In this document: positions 1 through 12,500 of the stretch, in pieces
How the letters are laid out: every line of letters starts with the position of its first letter
Numbering within the stretch: position 1 is the stretch's first letter
The notes under the pieces: model-generated
The model's database searches: none
What the model was told of the DNA's origin: nothing
Seen by the model: only the letters and a program-made list of their open reading frames with translations
Assembly (NCBI RefSeq): GCF_009914755.1
Contig: NC_060929.1
From: the human T2T-CHM13v2.0 reference genome, Homo sapiens
Length of the DNA: 64,000 nucleotides
Reading direction: 5' to 3' (one strand)
Made by a program: the position numbers and the translations under genes

Positions 1-680
1 TCCAGTGCAAGGAATATGACAATCATACAAAAAAAAGACTAAATATTAGAGATTACCAAAGAAATGCTAAATAAAGCATGGCAGAGCCAAATGATGAAAT
101 ATTACTGTAGTATAAGAAATAATGTTTGTTAAGATTATTTAATAACATCAGAAAATTACCCTAACAGCAATTGAAAATTTGGCACATATTTTTACATAAG
201 CATAAAAAAGAGTAAGGTAACAATGAAATATATTAAAACATCAATAGTCTTTAGGTGGTAAGATTATGGGCATAATAAGCAAACAACAAAATCAGTTATA
301 AACCTGACACTAGCTATTAATTTTTTTACTATGGCACTCTGTTTTTCAGTCTGATTCATAGTCAGCACTTTAAAGGGTTGTAGATGAAGAAATAGAATTA
401 TGGATCCTTTATTCTAGTAATAAATGATTTGGTTACATACCTTCCCACACTTCATGTGTTAGTATCTTACCACTGCTGTAACAAATTACTACAAACTTAG
501 TGACTTTAAACAACATCCATTTAGTATTAATATCTTATAGCTTCTGTAGGTCAGAAGTTCAAACATAGCATAGTTCAACTTAGTTCTCTGCTTAGGGTCA
601 CACAAGTTTAAAATCAAGGTGTCAGCAGGTTTGCATCTTTCTCTGAAGAAGAATCCATTTCTAATCTCATTCAGGCTACT

Positions 681-966
681 GGCAGGGTCTCACACTGTCG
701 CCCAGGCCAGAGGGCAGTGGCATGATCATGGCTCAACATAACCTTGAGCTCCTGGGCTCAACTGATCCTCCCACCTCAGCTTCCAGATAGCTAGGACTAT
801 AGGTGCACACCACCACGCCTGGCTAATTTTAAAAAAAAAATTTTTTTGTAGAGACAGGGTCTTGCTATGTTGCCCAGGCTGGACTCAAATACCTGGCTGC
901 AAGTGATCCTCTCACCTTGGCCTCCCAAAGCACTGAGATTTCAGGCATGATCCACCTAGCCAAGCC
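681..966 (-). mobile_element. Alu (AluJ-like)
   Basis: Antisense Alu motifs 'cagggtctcacactgtcgcccagg', 'ctcctgggctcaactgatcctccc', 'cctcccaaagcactgagatt'. Confidence 0.9.
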
Positions 967-1208
967 AAAACTCAGTTCTTTATGGTTATAGGACTGAGAT
1001 CCCTGTTCCCCTGCAAACTGACAGCTGGCATTTAACCTTAGCTCTAGAGGCCTCTCCCCAGTCTTTGCATGTGGCTCTGTATATGTTTTTAAATTGTATA
1101 TATTTAAAGTGCACAACAGTGATGTTTTGATATACTGTACATATACAGTGAAATAATCACCATAGTCAAACAAATTAACATATCTATCTCCTCACTCACT
1201 TCTCTCTC

Positions 1209-1229
1209 TGCGTGTGAGTGTGTGTGTGT

Positions 1230-1276
<47 letters not shown>

Positions 1277-1279
1277 TGT
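1209..1279. repeat. (TG)n microsatellite with AG interruptions
   Basis: Read directly from the sequence. Confidence 0.97.
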
Positions 1280-2185
1280 GGTCCTGAATATTTTAGAAGC
1301 AGCAATGGCTTGTCAAATTCTTCTCACACTTGAAATTTGTTTTACAGGGCTCATCTGATTACACTGGGCCTGCCTGAATAATTTCATCATTTTTACTGGT
1401 TCCAGAGATAAGAGCATAGACATTCTTAGGGGTTTATTATTCTGTTTACCATACCATCTATTTCTGTTGAGGCCGAACTATATTGCCTTATTATGACACA
1501 GATTAGGACCAGTGATCCCATGAAACTGGAGATAAAAATTGGGGTTTTCCTAACTTGAGAAAATAATAGTTTCAAAGTCCATATCTTTAACCTTGTGCCA
1601 ACATTCAAGTGATGAGTTGCAAGGTTTAGGGAAGAAGGAGAAGAAAGGGGATGATAATGATGATAATGATGATGATGGTGATACTAAAATGGGGAGGTAA
1701 ATAAAAATTCAGTTCCATGTGATTAAGCACCACAGTAGCAAAACTTGATTATACTCGAAATCAAAATGGCAATTCATTAAAACTACCAGATTTTAGTGCC
1801 CGATGTGTGGGCATATCGTACCCTTCAAAACACCAGTTCTGAAAGTCTTAAACATTTAAAATCCAATTCAATCTTTTTCCAATCATCAAAATATTATTCA
1901 ATATTACTTTCAAATGCCTTTATAATGGTTTCACAATTAGCGTGTTAATGTTACTGACTAATGTTACTGACTAAAGTACTGTTTCCTGAGTACTTTACGG
2001 CTGATAATAGTTTTTCAGGCCAAATACCCTTTGATGGAACTTCAGAGGTTAAGATAATTTTGTAGTTTGAAGAATTCCAAATGTTTTGAGAGAGAGAGAG
2101 AGAGAATGGGTACCAAGTGATCAGAACACAAACAAAACACTGACAACAATTTTGTCAAAACCAAAGATTCTGAAACTGAATGAAA

Positions 2186-2282
2186 AATTTCTGACCGGAA
2201 CCTAATGATTCATCATTCTCAAATACTGTTAACTTAAATATCTGAGTCTGATGAATCATTAGGTTCCAATTGGAAATTTTAT
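2186..2282 (-). ncRNA. MIR580: pre-miR-580 stem-loop (intronic in the minus-strand gene)
   Basis: Inverted repeat 'ggaacctaatgattcatca...tgatgaatcattaggttcc'; reverse complement of 2201-2222 is UUGAGAAUGAUGAAUCAUUAGG, which I recognise as miR-580-3p. Confidence 0.9.
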
Positions 2283-3918
2283 CTAACTTCACATATCTGT
2301 ATTTTTACTCAGATATGTGCAAAATAATAAAAACCAGGAGACAACTCAAAATCCTAATTATGAAAAATCAAAAGAACCAGAATTAGAAGTGAATGATTAA
2401 GTCAACAATTTTCCACCAATAATTAAATTTAAATCTTCCAAACATAATCATTATTCACATATTTAAAGATTTCAGGTATGAGAGAGTTCAGTTTAGGACA
2501 CAGACTACTGCAAGAGACTATTACTCCCACTCGAAAAATGAAAAAAAAAAAAAAACCATCATAATATTTTTTAAAGGTACCTAAGAGCTGAGTTGGCGAA
2601 CCAACCAGGTAACCTGAATTCCAAAATGTGACAAGCCCCTGAGGACAGTGGCATACTGTCCTGCTTTACCTTTTGCAAGGCATGAAGAGAAGAGGTAGCA
2701 ATCATGTAAGCATATAAGAAAAAAGAACTAAAATTTTACTGAATTCTTAAAGATTTCATACATAGAAATTGCAAGACATTTTGATAGAGAATAATCTGTA
2801 AAGTCCTTCCTAATAATAAAATAATTTCAAAAAACGAATAGCTAACATTTAGAATGTGTTCACTAAATTTTAAGCATTGTATTAATACTAGTACCTGCCA
2901 AGCTTTATCAAATTAGACCTCACAACCTAGTAAGAAAGGGCTGTTCGTTTCCTTGCTTAACAGAAAAAAAACAGTGCAGAGAGGTTAAGTAACTTGTCCA
3001 AGTTAACAGAGCTGGTGAATGGTAAAGCTGGGATTCAAATAGAGGCATCTTTACTACAGAGCCTGGATCATAATTACATGTCTCTTCTCTAATCTAGACA
3101 TAGTTTCTTAATGCAATTTAAATTGCTTAATGATTTATTTTGTTCAGTCTTCACAGGGAACAAATTAGAAACTTTCTCCCATTTCTTTTAGATATATCAG
3201 GACAGAATGCTTAGTCATGTTTAATAAAGAATTTAACGCAAACTTTTTACATTACAGATTATACTACTATTACTTGATTTAAGGGTAATATATGACTGTA
3301 CTCTACATGGGAAAAGTGGAAAACATAGAGTAAATTAGAATCCGTTTGTTCTTGCCCCAAGCTGCCTATCTTAGAGCATTAAATTACAATGAATTAAAGA
3401 TCTACTTAGTTCCAAGCACCATTCATTCATTTAGCAAATATTTACTGAACGCCTACTATATGGTGAGCTCTGTTCAAGGGGCTGGAGATAGAAAAATCCA
3501 AGCAAAGTCCCTGCCCTTAAAAAGTCTAGTGGGAAGAAACAGGCAATTAAAAAAAATACATTAGGGGGTGATAAGGGTTATGTAAACAGGTAGCTGCCAC
3601 CACCACAGAGAATATCAGTTCTGGAAATACATTATTCAAGATTAGTTTGGCTACACATAACAGAAAAGTCCAATATAGTACAGACTTATACAATGCAGAA
3701 TTTATTTCTCGTGTAAGTCTTGAGATAGGTGGTTATGGCAAGTTAGCAGATTATCAGAGGCCCAGGCCCCTTCTATAGTCCACATCCTTAGCAGGTGGCT
3801 TTAATCCTTATGTTCCAGGACAGATGCTGGAACTCCAGGAATCCTATCATCATCTAGACAGCAGGATGGAGAAACAAAGAAGGGTGGACCGTCTTCCTTT
3901 TAAAGAGATGTAAGAATC

Positions 3919-4218
3919 GGCTGGGCACGGAGGCTCACGCCTGTAATCTCAGCACTTTAGGAGGCTGAGGTGGGTGGATCATCTGAGGTCGGGAGTTCGA
4001 GACCAGCCTGACCAACATGCAGAAACCCCGTCTCCACTAAAAATACAAAATTAGCCAGGCGTGGTGGCGCATGCCTGTAATCCCAGCTACTCAGGAAGGC
4101 TGAGGCAGGGGAATTGCTTGAACATGGGAGGTGGAGGTTATGGTGAGCCGAGATTGCGCCATTGCACTCCAGCCTGGGCAATAAGAGTGAAATTTCTTCT
4201 CAAAAAATAAAAATAAAA
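3919..4218 (+). mobile_element. AluS element
   Basis: Full dimeric Alu from 'ggctgggcacggaggctcacgcctgtaat' to A-rich tail. Confidence 0.95.
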
Positions 4219-5849
4219 TTAATCAGAAAAAATAAGATACATCAGTAGCAATCACAATGCAGTTCTTTATGACCAGATAGCAACCTCTATGTACCTACTA
4301 ATCTCGTCTTCAATGGACACAATTCCTTACGTTAAAAAGAATCTAATGTACCAATTTAAACTTGCATTTATTATATTAAGGCAATAGTCATGATTAGAAG
4401 GAAGGCAAAAAAAAATTATTCCCATATTAGGAAGATGAAGTATGTCTGTTACCGGGGCAAACTATCAAACTGAATTTCAAAACTGACAGGCTCTCCCTGA
4501 AGTCCTAGAGAGGATCTTGTGTTCACTAATTCAGATGTTGCAAGTATTCTAGTTCCCAGGTAACTCCTAGTAAAACCAAGACTGAACAAAGATATTTCTC
4601 ATCTTTAAATTTAGAATCATCTCATCGATTAAACCTTCCTATCTATGAGATCTATATCTGAAGTGGGCTCTCCCAATTATTTTACATCTCAAAACTGTTT
4701 ATTCTCATTATGGCATCTTAAATATTTTTGTTTATTCTTTCTCCTCCATTAGCTTACAGGCTCTCTCTGTTTTGTTCCCTTTCCTGAAGGAAACTATAAT
4801 TTTTTGTGTCAAAAATATTTTCTCCTATGAGTTGCAATCTTCAGGGAAAGGACGTAGCTTCAAACAAAGGCAAATGCTTTCTCCTTAGCCAAAGTAACAT
4901 AAAGGTCACTTTCTGTAAAACATCAGGATATTGCATTTTAAAATGCTTTCCATATAACATTAGTTTGATGAACGGCTTAGCCTAGGATTCTGCACCTAGT
5001 TCCAATCAAAACCAAGTTGTGAACAGATCCCTTCTTTACACCAATCTCATCTTTCAAGAACGAGCTAAAGGTTCATGAATTCCTTCCTCAAGAGGCAGTT
5101 ACTTTTCAAGCTAAGGACCAAGCTTGAAACAAGCATATACCTGCACAAGGGAGGTTTAATTTCACTACAGAGCGAATCATTTTTTCAAGGAAACCAGAGG
5201 GTGTGTCATACAGCATCACTGAATATTCTAATATGCGATGAAGCTGTTATGCTTCCTTATGAACTTTATAAATCTTCATTTTTATGAGGCTTAGAATTCA
5301 TCCCCCTTCCCTCTTCCACTGTTTTCCCGGGGTCACAGTTGTAGTATAGTTTGCCCAATGGATTTCGCATGGTCATTGTACCTGGAATATGTCACGCTCC
5401 CTACTCTTACTGCCCCCAAACTCTTCTCAGCAGAGATAGGCTGAAAGCAGCTCGCTTTTAGGCGGCGACGCAAACACACGTAGCCAGCTGAGCGACAGCA
5501 AGCAACCAAATGGCTTTGCTGGAGGCCCCCTGCGTGCACGGGTAAAGCTCGTTGCAAAATACAGTCCTTTCATTTATTCCCATGTTGCTATTTATGAGAC
5601 CTGTCAAGGCTGCAAGGGCATGCGCAGCCTTCCCACCACACAGGACCCGCTGGGGTCTCCGGCTCCCCTAAAATTAAACCATTGTCTCTCGTTCCAACGG
5701 CGTGTTTAGCTGTTGTGCGTTATTTTACAGATAAAGGAAGGATCCCGTCCACAGACCCAATTCTTAGGGCCGCCTTCTCCCCGACGGAGGAAGAAGCTTC
5801 CTGGCAAAAGGACGAACAGGTGCGACGCCAGCAGTTCGCAGCCTCTCAC

Positions 5850-6180
5850 CTGGCCGGCGGGCTGGGCTACTGTCACCACTCAGCAGCCAAGGACTTGGGC
5901 CCCGCAGCGGCGGCCACTCGGGGTCTGCCGGGTCCCCTCTCTTTCCGCCTGCTCTCGGCCCCGGACCCCAGACTCAAAAGCGCCTCACGCGTTCCGCCTT
6001 AGGCTCACCGTCCGATCTCGCCAGACAGCGTCTGGACGGGACCGGGAAACGGCGGCCGCCACAGCTGTCCAGGTTCTGGGATCCACGCTCAGAGACGACA
6101 GCGCTGGCGATCACCAGAAGGCCTGCGGGCTCCCGAGAAAGGAAAATCCGTCTACAGTCCAGCGGCTGACATTTCCCAGT
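5850..6180 (-). other. LMBRD2: Non-coding first exon of the divergent gene LMBRD2 (5' end approximate)
   Basis: Minus-strand donor CCAG|gtgaga at 5850/5849, second possible donor CG|gtgagc at 6009/6008; identity from known LMBRD2-SKP2 head-to-head arrangement, no LMBRD2 coding sequence seen in the window. Confidence 0.65.
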
Positions 6181-6331
6181 CAGCCGTAGCGCCGCCCGCT
6201 TCCGCCTCCCCGCCTACCCCGTGGGCCGACCAGTCCCGCTCCCGCGGGGGGTTGTGGGTATCTCGAAGGCGGGTAAAGCTGCAAGGGAAGGAAGTAAGGG
6301 CGAGCCCGTCGGACTACGAAGCGGGACGGAA

Positions 6332-6350
6332 ACTACAATTCCCAGCAGGC
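6332..6350 (+). promoter_or_regulatory. ZNF143/THAP11-type SBS motif
   Basis: 'actacaattcccagcaggc' matches the ACTACAnnTCCCA motif enriched at bidirectional promoters. Confidence 0.8.
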
Positions 6351-6476
6351 CTTGGGCCTCAGTGCGGCCGCGAAGCAGAGCGGGCTGTAGAGCCTTGCGC
6401 GCGCAGTGGGGATGGAACGTTGCTAGGCTTAGCGGGTCTGGCTGCTGGGGGCCCGAGCAGCACGCTCGGAGCCGCC

Positions 6477-6493
6477 GCGCGCCAAAGCGGGAA
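6477..6493. promoter_or_regulatory. E2F-type sites in SKP2 5' leader
   Basis: 'gcgcgccaaa' (reverse complement TTTGGCGCGC) followed by 'gcgggaa'; SKP2 is an established E2F target. Confidence 0.6.
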
Positions 6494-6556
6494 TCTGGGA
6501 GGCGAGCAGCTCTGCAGTTAATGCACGTATTTTAAACTCCCGGGCCTGCGGACGCT

Positions 6557-6564
6557 ATGCACAG
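6557..6564 (+). CDS. SKP2: SKP2 coding exon 1 (M-H-R, 8 nt)
   Basis: gctATGCACAG|gtaaac; joins exon 2 to give MHRKHLQEI. Confidence 0.95.
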
Positions 6565-6984
6565 GTAAACGGATTGCAAAAAGGGGAAGAGCATGAAATG
6601 GACCCTCTTAATAATTCTTTTAGGCCGCGAATATCGCTACTGGCTAATATTGTTAGTAATGCTGTTAAGTGAATGGTTGCTTAGCCCCTTCTTGGGGAAA
6701 GTGTGAATGGATGGATGCCTTAGTGCGGGGATCAGCGTGTGGTTTTATTTGGCTTCCCTAATTGGGCTTTTCTGCCACCGTTTTCAATCAGTGTATGATT
6801 GCCCTGTCTCTCTCCTTGTCTGTTCCCTCCACTGGGAGAAATTCTTGAGGCCTTCTGCAGGATCGTAAGTCAAAAAGCCTTCTCGATTTGTTCTTTTCAT
6901 TTCTTCGTTTTCTTGGTAACTCGCCGCAGGCACGTAAAAAATGCGATTCTGTTAGCTGCTGTGAAGGTTTCCTACAATGCATAA

Positions 6985-7434
<450 letters not shown>

Positions 7435-8835
7435 TAAGATTGCCTAATTCTGAAGCTATTTTTCAACAAAATAGGGCAAGTCGTCAAGTATGCAGGAATC
7501 TTGGTAGATATATATATATATATATGTATGTTCTGGTGCATAATCACCTTGAAAATTTTAACCCATGAGAAGACATTCCTGCCTTTTTCCTTAGAAGGGA
7601 ATCTGCCTGCCTCAAGGCCAGCTCAGTTTCACCGTTTAACAGAAACATAAACAGTGGTCTTCTTGTAGGATTCCTTTTGCTTTGTACCCCTGAGTGATCT
7701 TTTTGCCTTAATCACTTTAGTTATTTATCAGTGGACTGCGAAGTGAACGTTCACCTAAGTGGGGGAGACATCTCCCCAGGCCCACTCCCACCCCCATATT
7801 GGCTTCTCCTGGTATGTTCTGTCTCCATTACTGCTGACACTATCTGTTTAATCACCCAACCCGAAAACCTGAGAGTCAGTCAGCTTCCCACCGCCCCCCA
7901 ACATCCAGTCATTCATCGCATCTTTCCCTCTTCTCTGGTAACTATTTCTCAAGTTCTCGTCGTCTCTTGCCTGAACTATTGGAGTGGATTCATAATTCCA
8001 ACCTTCTTCTCCCCAGATCTATCCCCCGAACTAGAATGGATTGACTGAAATGTAGAACTTACTGTATCTTCCCTCCTTAATAGCTCCCCATCCCCTAGTT
8101 CCTCAAGCAGGCGAACGAGTGCCTCCCAGAGTGAACCAGAACCCTGGAGTATGCAAAAGCCATAGGATAAACAGGGCATTGACCTGGGGTTATCAGTTTT
8201 TCTTACTAGTAAGCTATTTAAAACAATAATACAGCAAATATTTGCTGAGCACATACCATGTGCTAGGCCGTGTTCCAGGTGCTGGAGATAGAGGAGTGGG
8301 CACAACAAACATTTCTGCTCTCAGGGAGCATCCATTCTAGTGAGAGAATACAATAAACACAATAACTATTTTTATATAGTATGTTAGAAGGTGATAAGAG
8401 CTATGGCTAAAAACAAAAATAGAACAAGCCAAGAGGGAATGCAGGTCTTGGGGTGGGAAGATAGAGTGCACTTTTAAACCAGGTATTGAGAGAAAGCCTC
8501 AATTGGACAGTGACCTTTAAGCAAAGACATAAAGGAGGCAAGGAGTGTGCCATGCAAATATCTTGGAGAAAAGAGCTCCAAGCAGAAGGAACAGCCACTG
8601 CAAAGACCCTGGTGCATAAATGTGACGTATTTGTTCCAGGAACAGGGGAGCCATATTCTAAGAGTGGAATGAGCGAAAGGGAGAGTCGGGGGAGATCAGG
8701 CTGGAGGTAATGTTGAGCAGAGTTGTGATGGGACCTGATTTAACCTTCTAAAAATGACACACTGATGTGTTGAGACTCAGCTGCAGGGGCATCAAGGGTA
8801 GAAACTTAGGGTCTTTTTTAAATTTCATATTTTCA

Positions 8836-9195
<360 letters not shown>

Positions 9196-9400
9196 TAGGA
9201 GGCTGTTGAAATCATCTGTGGAAGAGGTGATCAGAGTCTAAATTGAAATCAGGTGGGGGATGATGGCGAAGAAGAAACAGATTAAACATTTAAAGATGAA
9301 GTCTTGCAGACCCAAGGTAATTTAAGTATATTCATAAATTCTCCCATCTGGTTTCCTTTGCAGAAGGGTTGATAGATTGGTTGTTTAGTTGATTGGTTGG

Positions 9401-9504
9401 TTGCTCGCTTTGGCAGCACATATACTGAAACTGGAAATACAGAGAAGATTAGCATGGCCCCTGCGCAGGAAGACATGCGGATTCGAGATGCATTCCACTT
9501 TTTT
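9401..9504 (+). pseudogene. Full-length U6 snRNA retropseudogene
   Basis: 'tgctcgctttggcagcacatatactgaaactggaaatacagagaagattagcatggcccctgcgcagg...tttttt' follows U6 with multiple substitutions; A-rich tail follows. Confidence 0.93.
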
Positions 9505-12500
9505 AATTAAGAAAATAAATACGTTTGTTTTCAGCCTTTTCTTTAGGAAAGAGAACTTTGCCCAATTTATGGTCTGGGAATATACATCAGGAATTGGATT
9601 AGTTAGAAAAGCAGTAGAGGGTTGTAGTGAAGTCAGATCTGGGTTTGAATCCTCATTCTTGCGTTTATCAGCCTTGGAAAGTTATTCGAGCTTTCTTTGC
9701 CTTAGTTCCTTTATCTGTGAAATGGAGTGCTGTAATAATACCCACTTCACAGGTCGTCGTGAAGATTAAATGAGAATGACGTAAAACCCTTAGCATGCCA
9801 CTGACACGTAACAATACATAAGCCAACAAAATTCCTGACACCAATTTTGGAGGCTAGTGGACTTTTATCTTTTGTTTTTAATATTGTTACTCTGACCCTG
9901 TTAGTATAAAATTTTTTTTCTTCAAAATTTAATGTTCACCGCTCTTCTTTGTGTCTGGAATGTAGCCCTAACAATCTGGTGCTTGACCAACCAAATATGG
10001 CGAAAGATACTTCCTGCTAAGATGAACAGATTTTTATTAACCTGTCCAGTGCCGATAGCTTTTGACATAGAGTGTGATTGCTATATGCCCTTCCACAAGT
10101 GAAAAAGAATTTTTTTTAAGCAAGGCACTGTGGGAACAAGACAGAAGTTTCCGGAGTCTTTGCTATTTCCCAGGAATTTGCAAGTCAAGTTGAGGAGAAA
10201 ATACAATAAAAAATAAGAGCTGTGATTCCCATTCAGGTGGATGTGGAAGATCTTCCTCCTTCCACTCAGCAAAAAAGGAGATTCTGAGGAAAGAGAGGGC
10301 TCTGAAAATGGTGTAATCAGTGTCTTGATGGTTAAAGCTGACTTCAAAAGTATATATCTGAAGGGAGAGAGAAAGAATGGTGACTTTTATGTTTATTACC
10401 TAAGGAGAGGCACAGAGGGAAACCAATGTACGTGGACTTACAACAGAGATTGCTTAATTGGTGTGGAGTGGGGAAGGGTGAAATCAGTGATGCAGGATGA
10501 GGGACAGCTGGTATAGAGGATTCCCAATGGGCCTTTGGAAGCCTGGGCCTCCAGTGGAGCCGGATTGTCATTCCAAGGAGTTTTGTCTGCAGTTGTCAGG
10601 ACAGGTGGCTACTAGCTTTGCCAGGATTAGGGTAGAACAGGCCACACCTGCTGTACATAGATATCTGATGACTGGTTCTGGGCTGCAAGTTTTTGTTGGT
10701 TCTTTGCTAAGCAGTTTCTCCCTGCAGGCCCCAGTCCAGCCGTACATCTGGCAACTAAATCCTCTTCATCCGTTTATCTGGGAAGATGAAAGCTCTGTGG
10801 CCAACCTGTACTAGAACAGGTCTGATTGGCCCTTGAAGTGAGTGTATGGAAAGAGTTGGGGAGGAAATGGCCCAGCAATGAGGTCAGTAACAGGCGGAAA
10901 GGGGACAATTGCATTTTATTTATGGTCATGAAATGCTTGTCCCCCACCCCACCCTTTAAACAGATGATAGCCATGAAAATGGAGGTGAACTAATTTGTTG
11001 ATCAGCTCTTCCATGACTCTTAAATGCTTGAAATTCCAGACCCTAAAGTGGTTGTCAGACTGGAGATACTAAAATTTACTGTATATCAGAATCCCCACAG
11101 GAACTTGTTCAAAGTGTAAAATTCCTGAGATTCTGATCCGGGGAGTCCTGGCCTGAGTGAGCCTGGGAATCTGTGTCTTAATACCCTTAGGCAAGCATTT
11201 TTTCCAACTTTTTTTTTTTAACCAGTAAGAAACATATTTTACATTGCAATCCTGGGTATGTATCTGAAACAGCAGTTTTACAAAACTGTATTTCCCCTTA
11301 CTAAGATATTTTCTATTCTGTTCTAGTTCATTCTTTATATGTACATATATGCTAGTCAAACCCACTAAATTGATTTCATGATCTATGTGAGTCTCAGTCT
11401 ACAGTTACTAAACTCAGCACTGGAAGAGCCTTTATGGGATCTTCACCAGTCATCTTTCTTTGTTCCATAGCTTCCTTTCATTCATCCATTAAGCAAATAT
11501 TTCTCAAGCACCATTTTAGAGGTTGGGACTACAATACTGAACATAACAGGCAAGAGACCCTGCCCTCATAGTGCTTATACACTGTTCCATATTTTTTCCA
11601 AATCCCAGCTTCTGTTGTTTCTTCATTACACCCCCTACACCTCAGGGTTGAGCAAGTCTTTCATAGAAATAAAGGGTTGTGGGACTGAAGGGGTACATGG
11701 GGGAATCCTTGTTAAGTTTGGCTGTGTTTTGTTTTTTTCAGTTTTGCCCACCTTAGCCAAAAAAACAAAAACACCCAAAGCTAGCATGGCCTCAAATGTA
11801 TTATTTATGGTTTGTGGGAAGAGGAAGGAGAACTCATCTGGGATGGCACAATCTGTTTGTAGTTCCCCAGAAAGAAAGCATGGGGTATTGCTACTTAAAA
11901 CAAGCCAGCAAAAGCAATTATGAGATGAGCACCCCCCAACTCCCTGAAAGAAATGCACACACACACAAAAACAAGTATGAGTACCAGGTCCTCAGTACAC
12001 ATTTCTGCAAGTATAATCTGATTATGCTTAAAGAGCAGCAATTTTTTAAGTCAAAAGTTTGATTATGATTAGCATTACTTTGGATTTTCAGCTTGAATCT
12101 GAGTGGAGTGGAGTGATGTTCTGAGAAATAAATGAGTGGAGTGATGTTCTGAGAAATAAATATGTCAAGTAAGATGAGTTACCTACACTGCAAAGATGGA
12201 ATGCATAGAAAACTCTCCAACAAGGCCCTCTTCCCAGAGAATTTCAGGAAGCATGAGATGTGATAAGGTTACAGAAGTGGGAAACTGGGTTTGCACCTGA
12301 GAAATAATTGGAAACAGTGGTAGGTGAGGGTGATTGTAGTAGGTTTGCTGGTTTGGCCCAGTTTTTGCCCTTTCCTGGCCCTGAAGTATATTTAACTGCC
12401 GTCCATGTCATTGAAGACTGGAGACCTTGGGCTCAGTAATTATGTCTTTTAATGTGGGTCTGGTATGCAGCTACAGCCTTGCTGGATTTAGCAGAGACAA

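Larger units (their letters stand above)
455..1460. mobile_element. MLT1-like (ERVL-MaLR) LTR fragments interrupted by an Alu and a microsatellite
   Basis: MLT1-type start 'ctgctgtaacaaattactacaaacttagtgactttaaacaaca' and 'aaaatcaaggtgtcagcagg'; boundaries approximate. Confidence 0.6.
5400..6650. promoter_or_regulatory. CpG island / bidirectional promoter between LMBRD2 and SKP2
   Basis: Sharp rise in GC and CpG density relative to AT-rich flanks; splice donors point away from the centre on both strands. Confidence 0.9.

Noticed and set aside
1946-1974. 13-bp tandem duplication taatgttactgac
   Set aside because: Ordinary slippage product with no sign of function
3957-4181. Alu-derived ORFs (also 23512-23700, 37482-37804, 47650-48004)
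   Set aside because: Typical translations of Alu sequence, no gene evidence
5682-6535. Several 90-160 aa ORFs across the CpG island
   Set aside because: Stop-poor GC-rich sequence, non-ATG starts, no recognisable protein
6860-6930. Alternative SKP2 exon in intron 1 (gatc|gtaagt, cgcag acceptor-like site)
   Set aside because: Splice-like motifs alone cannot support an exon without transcript data
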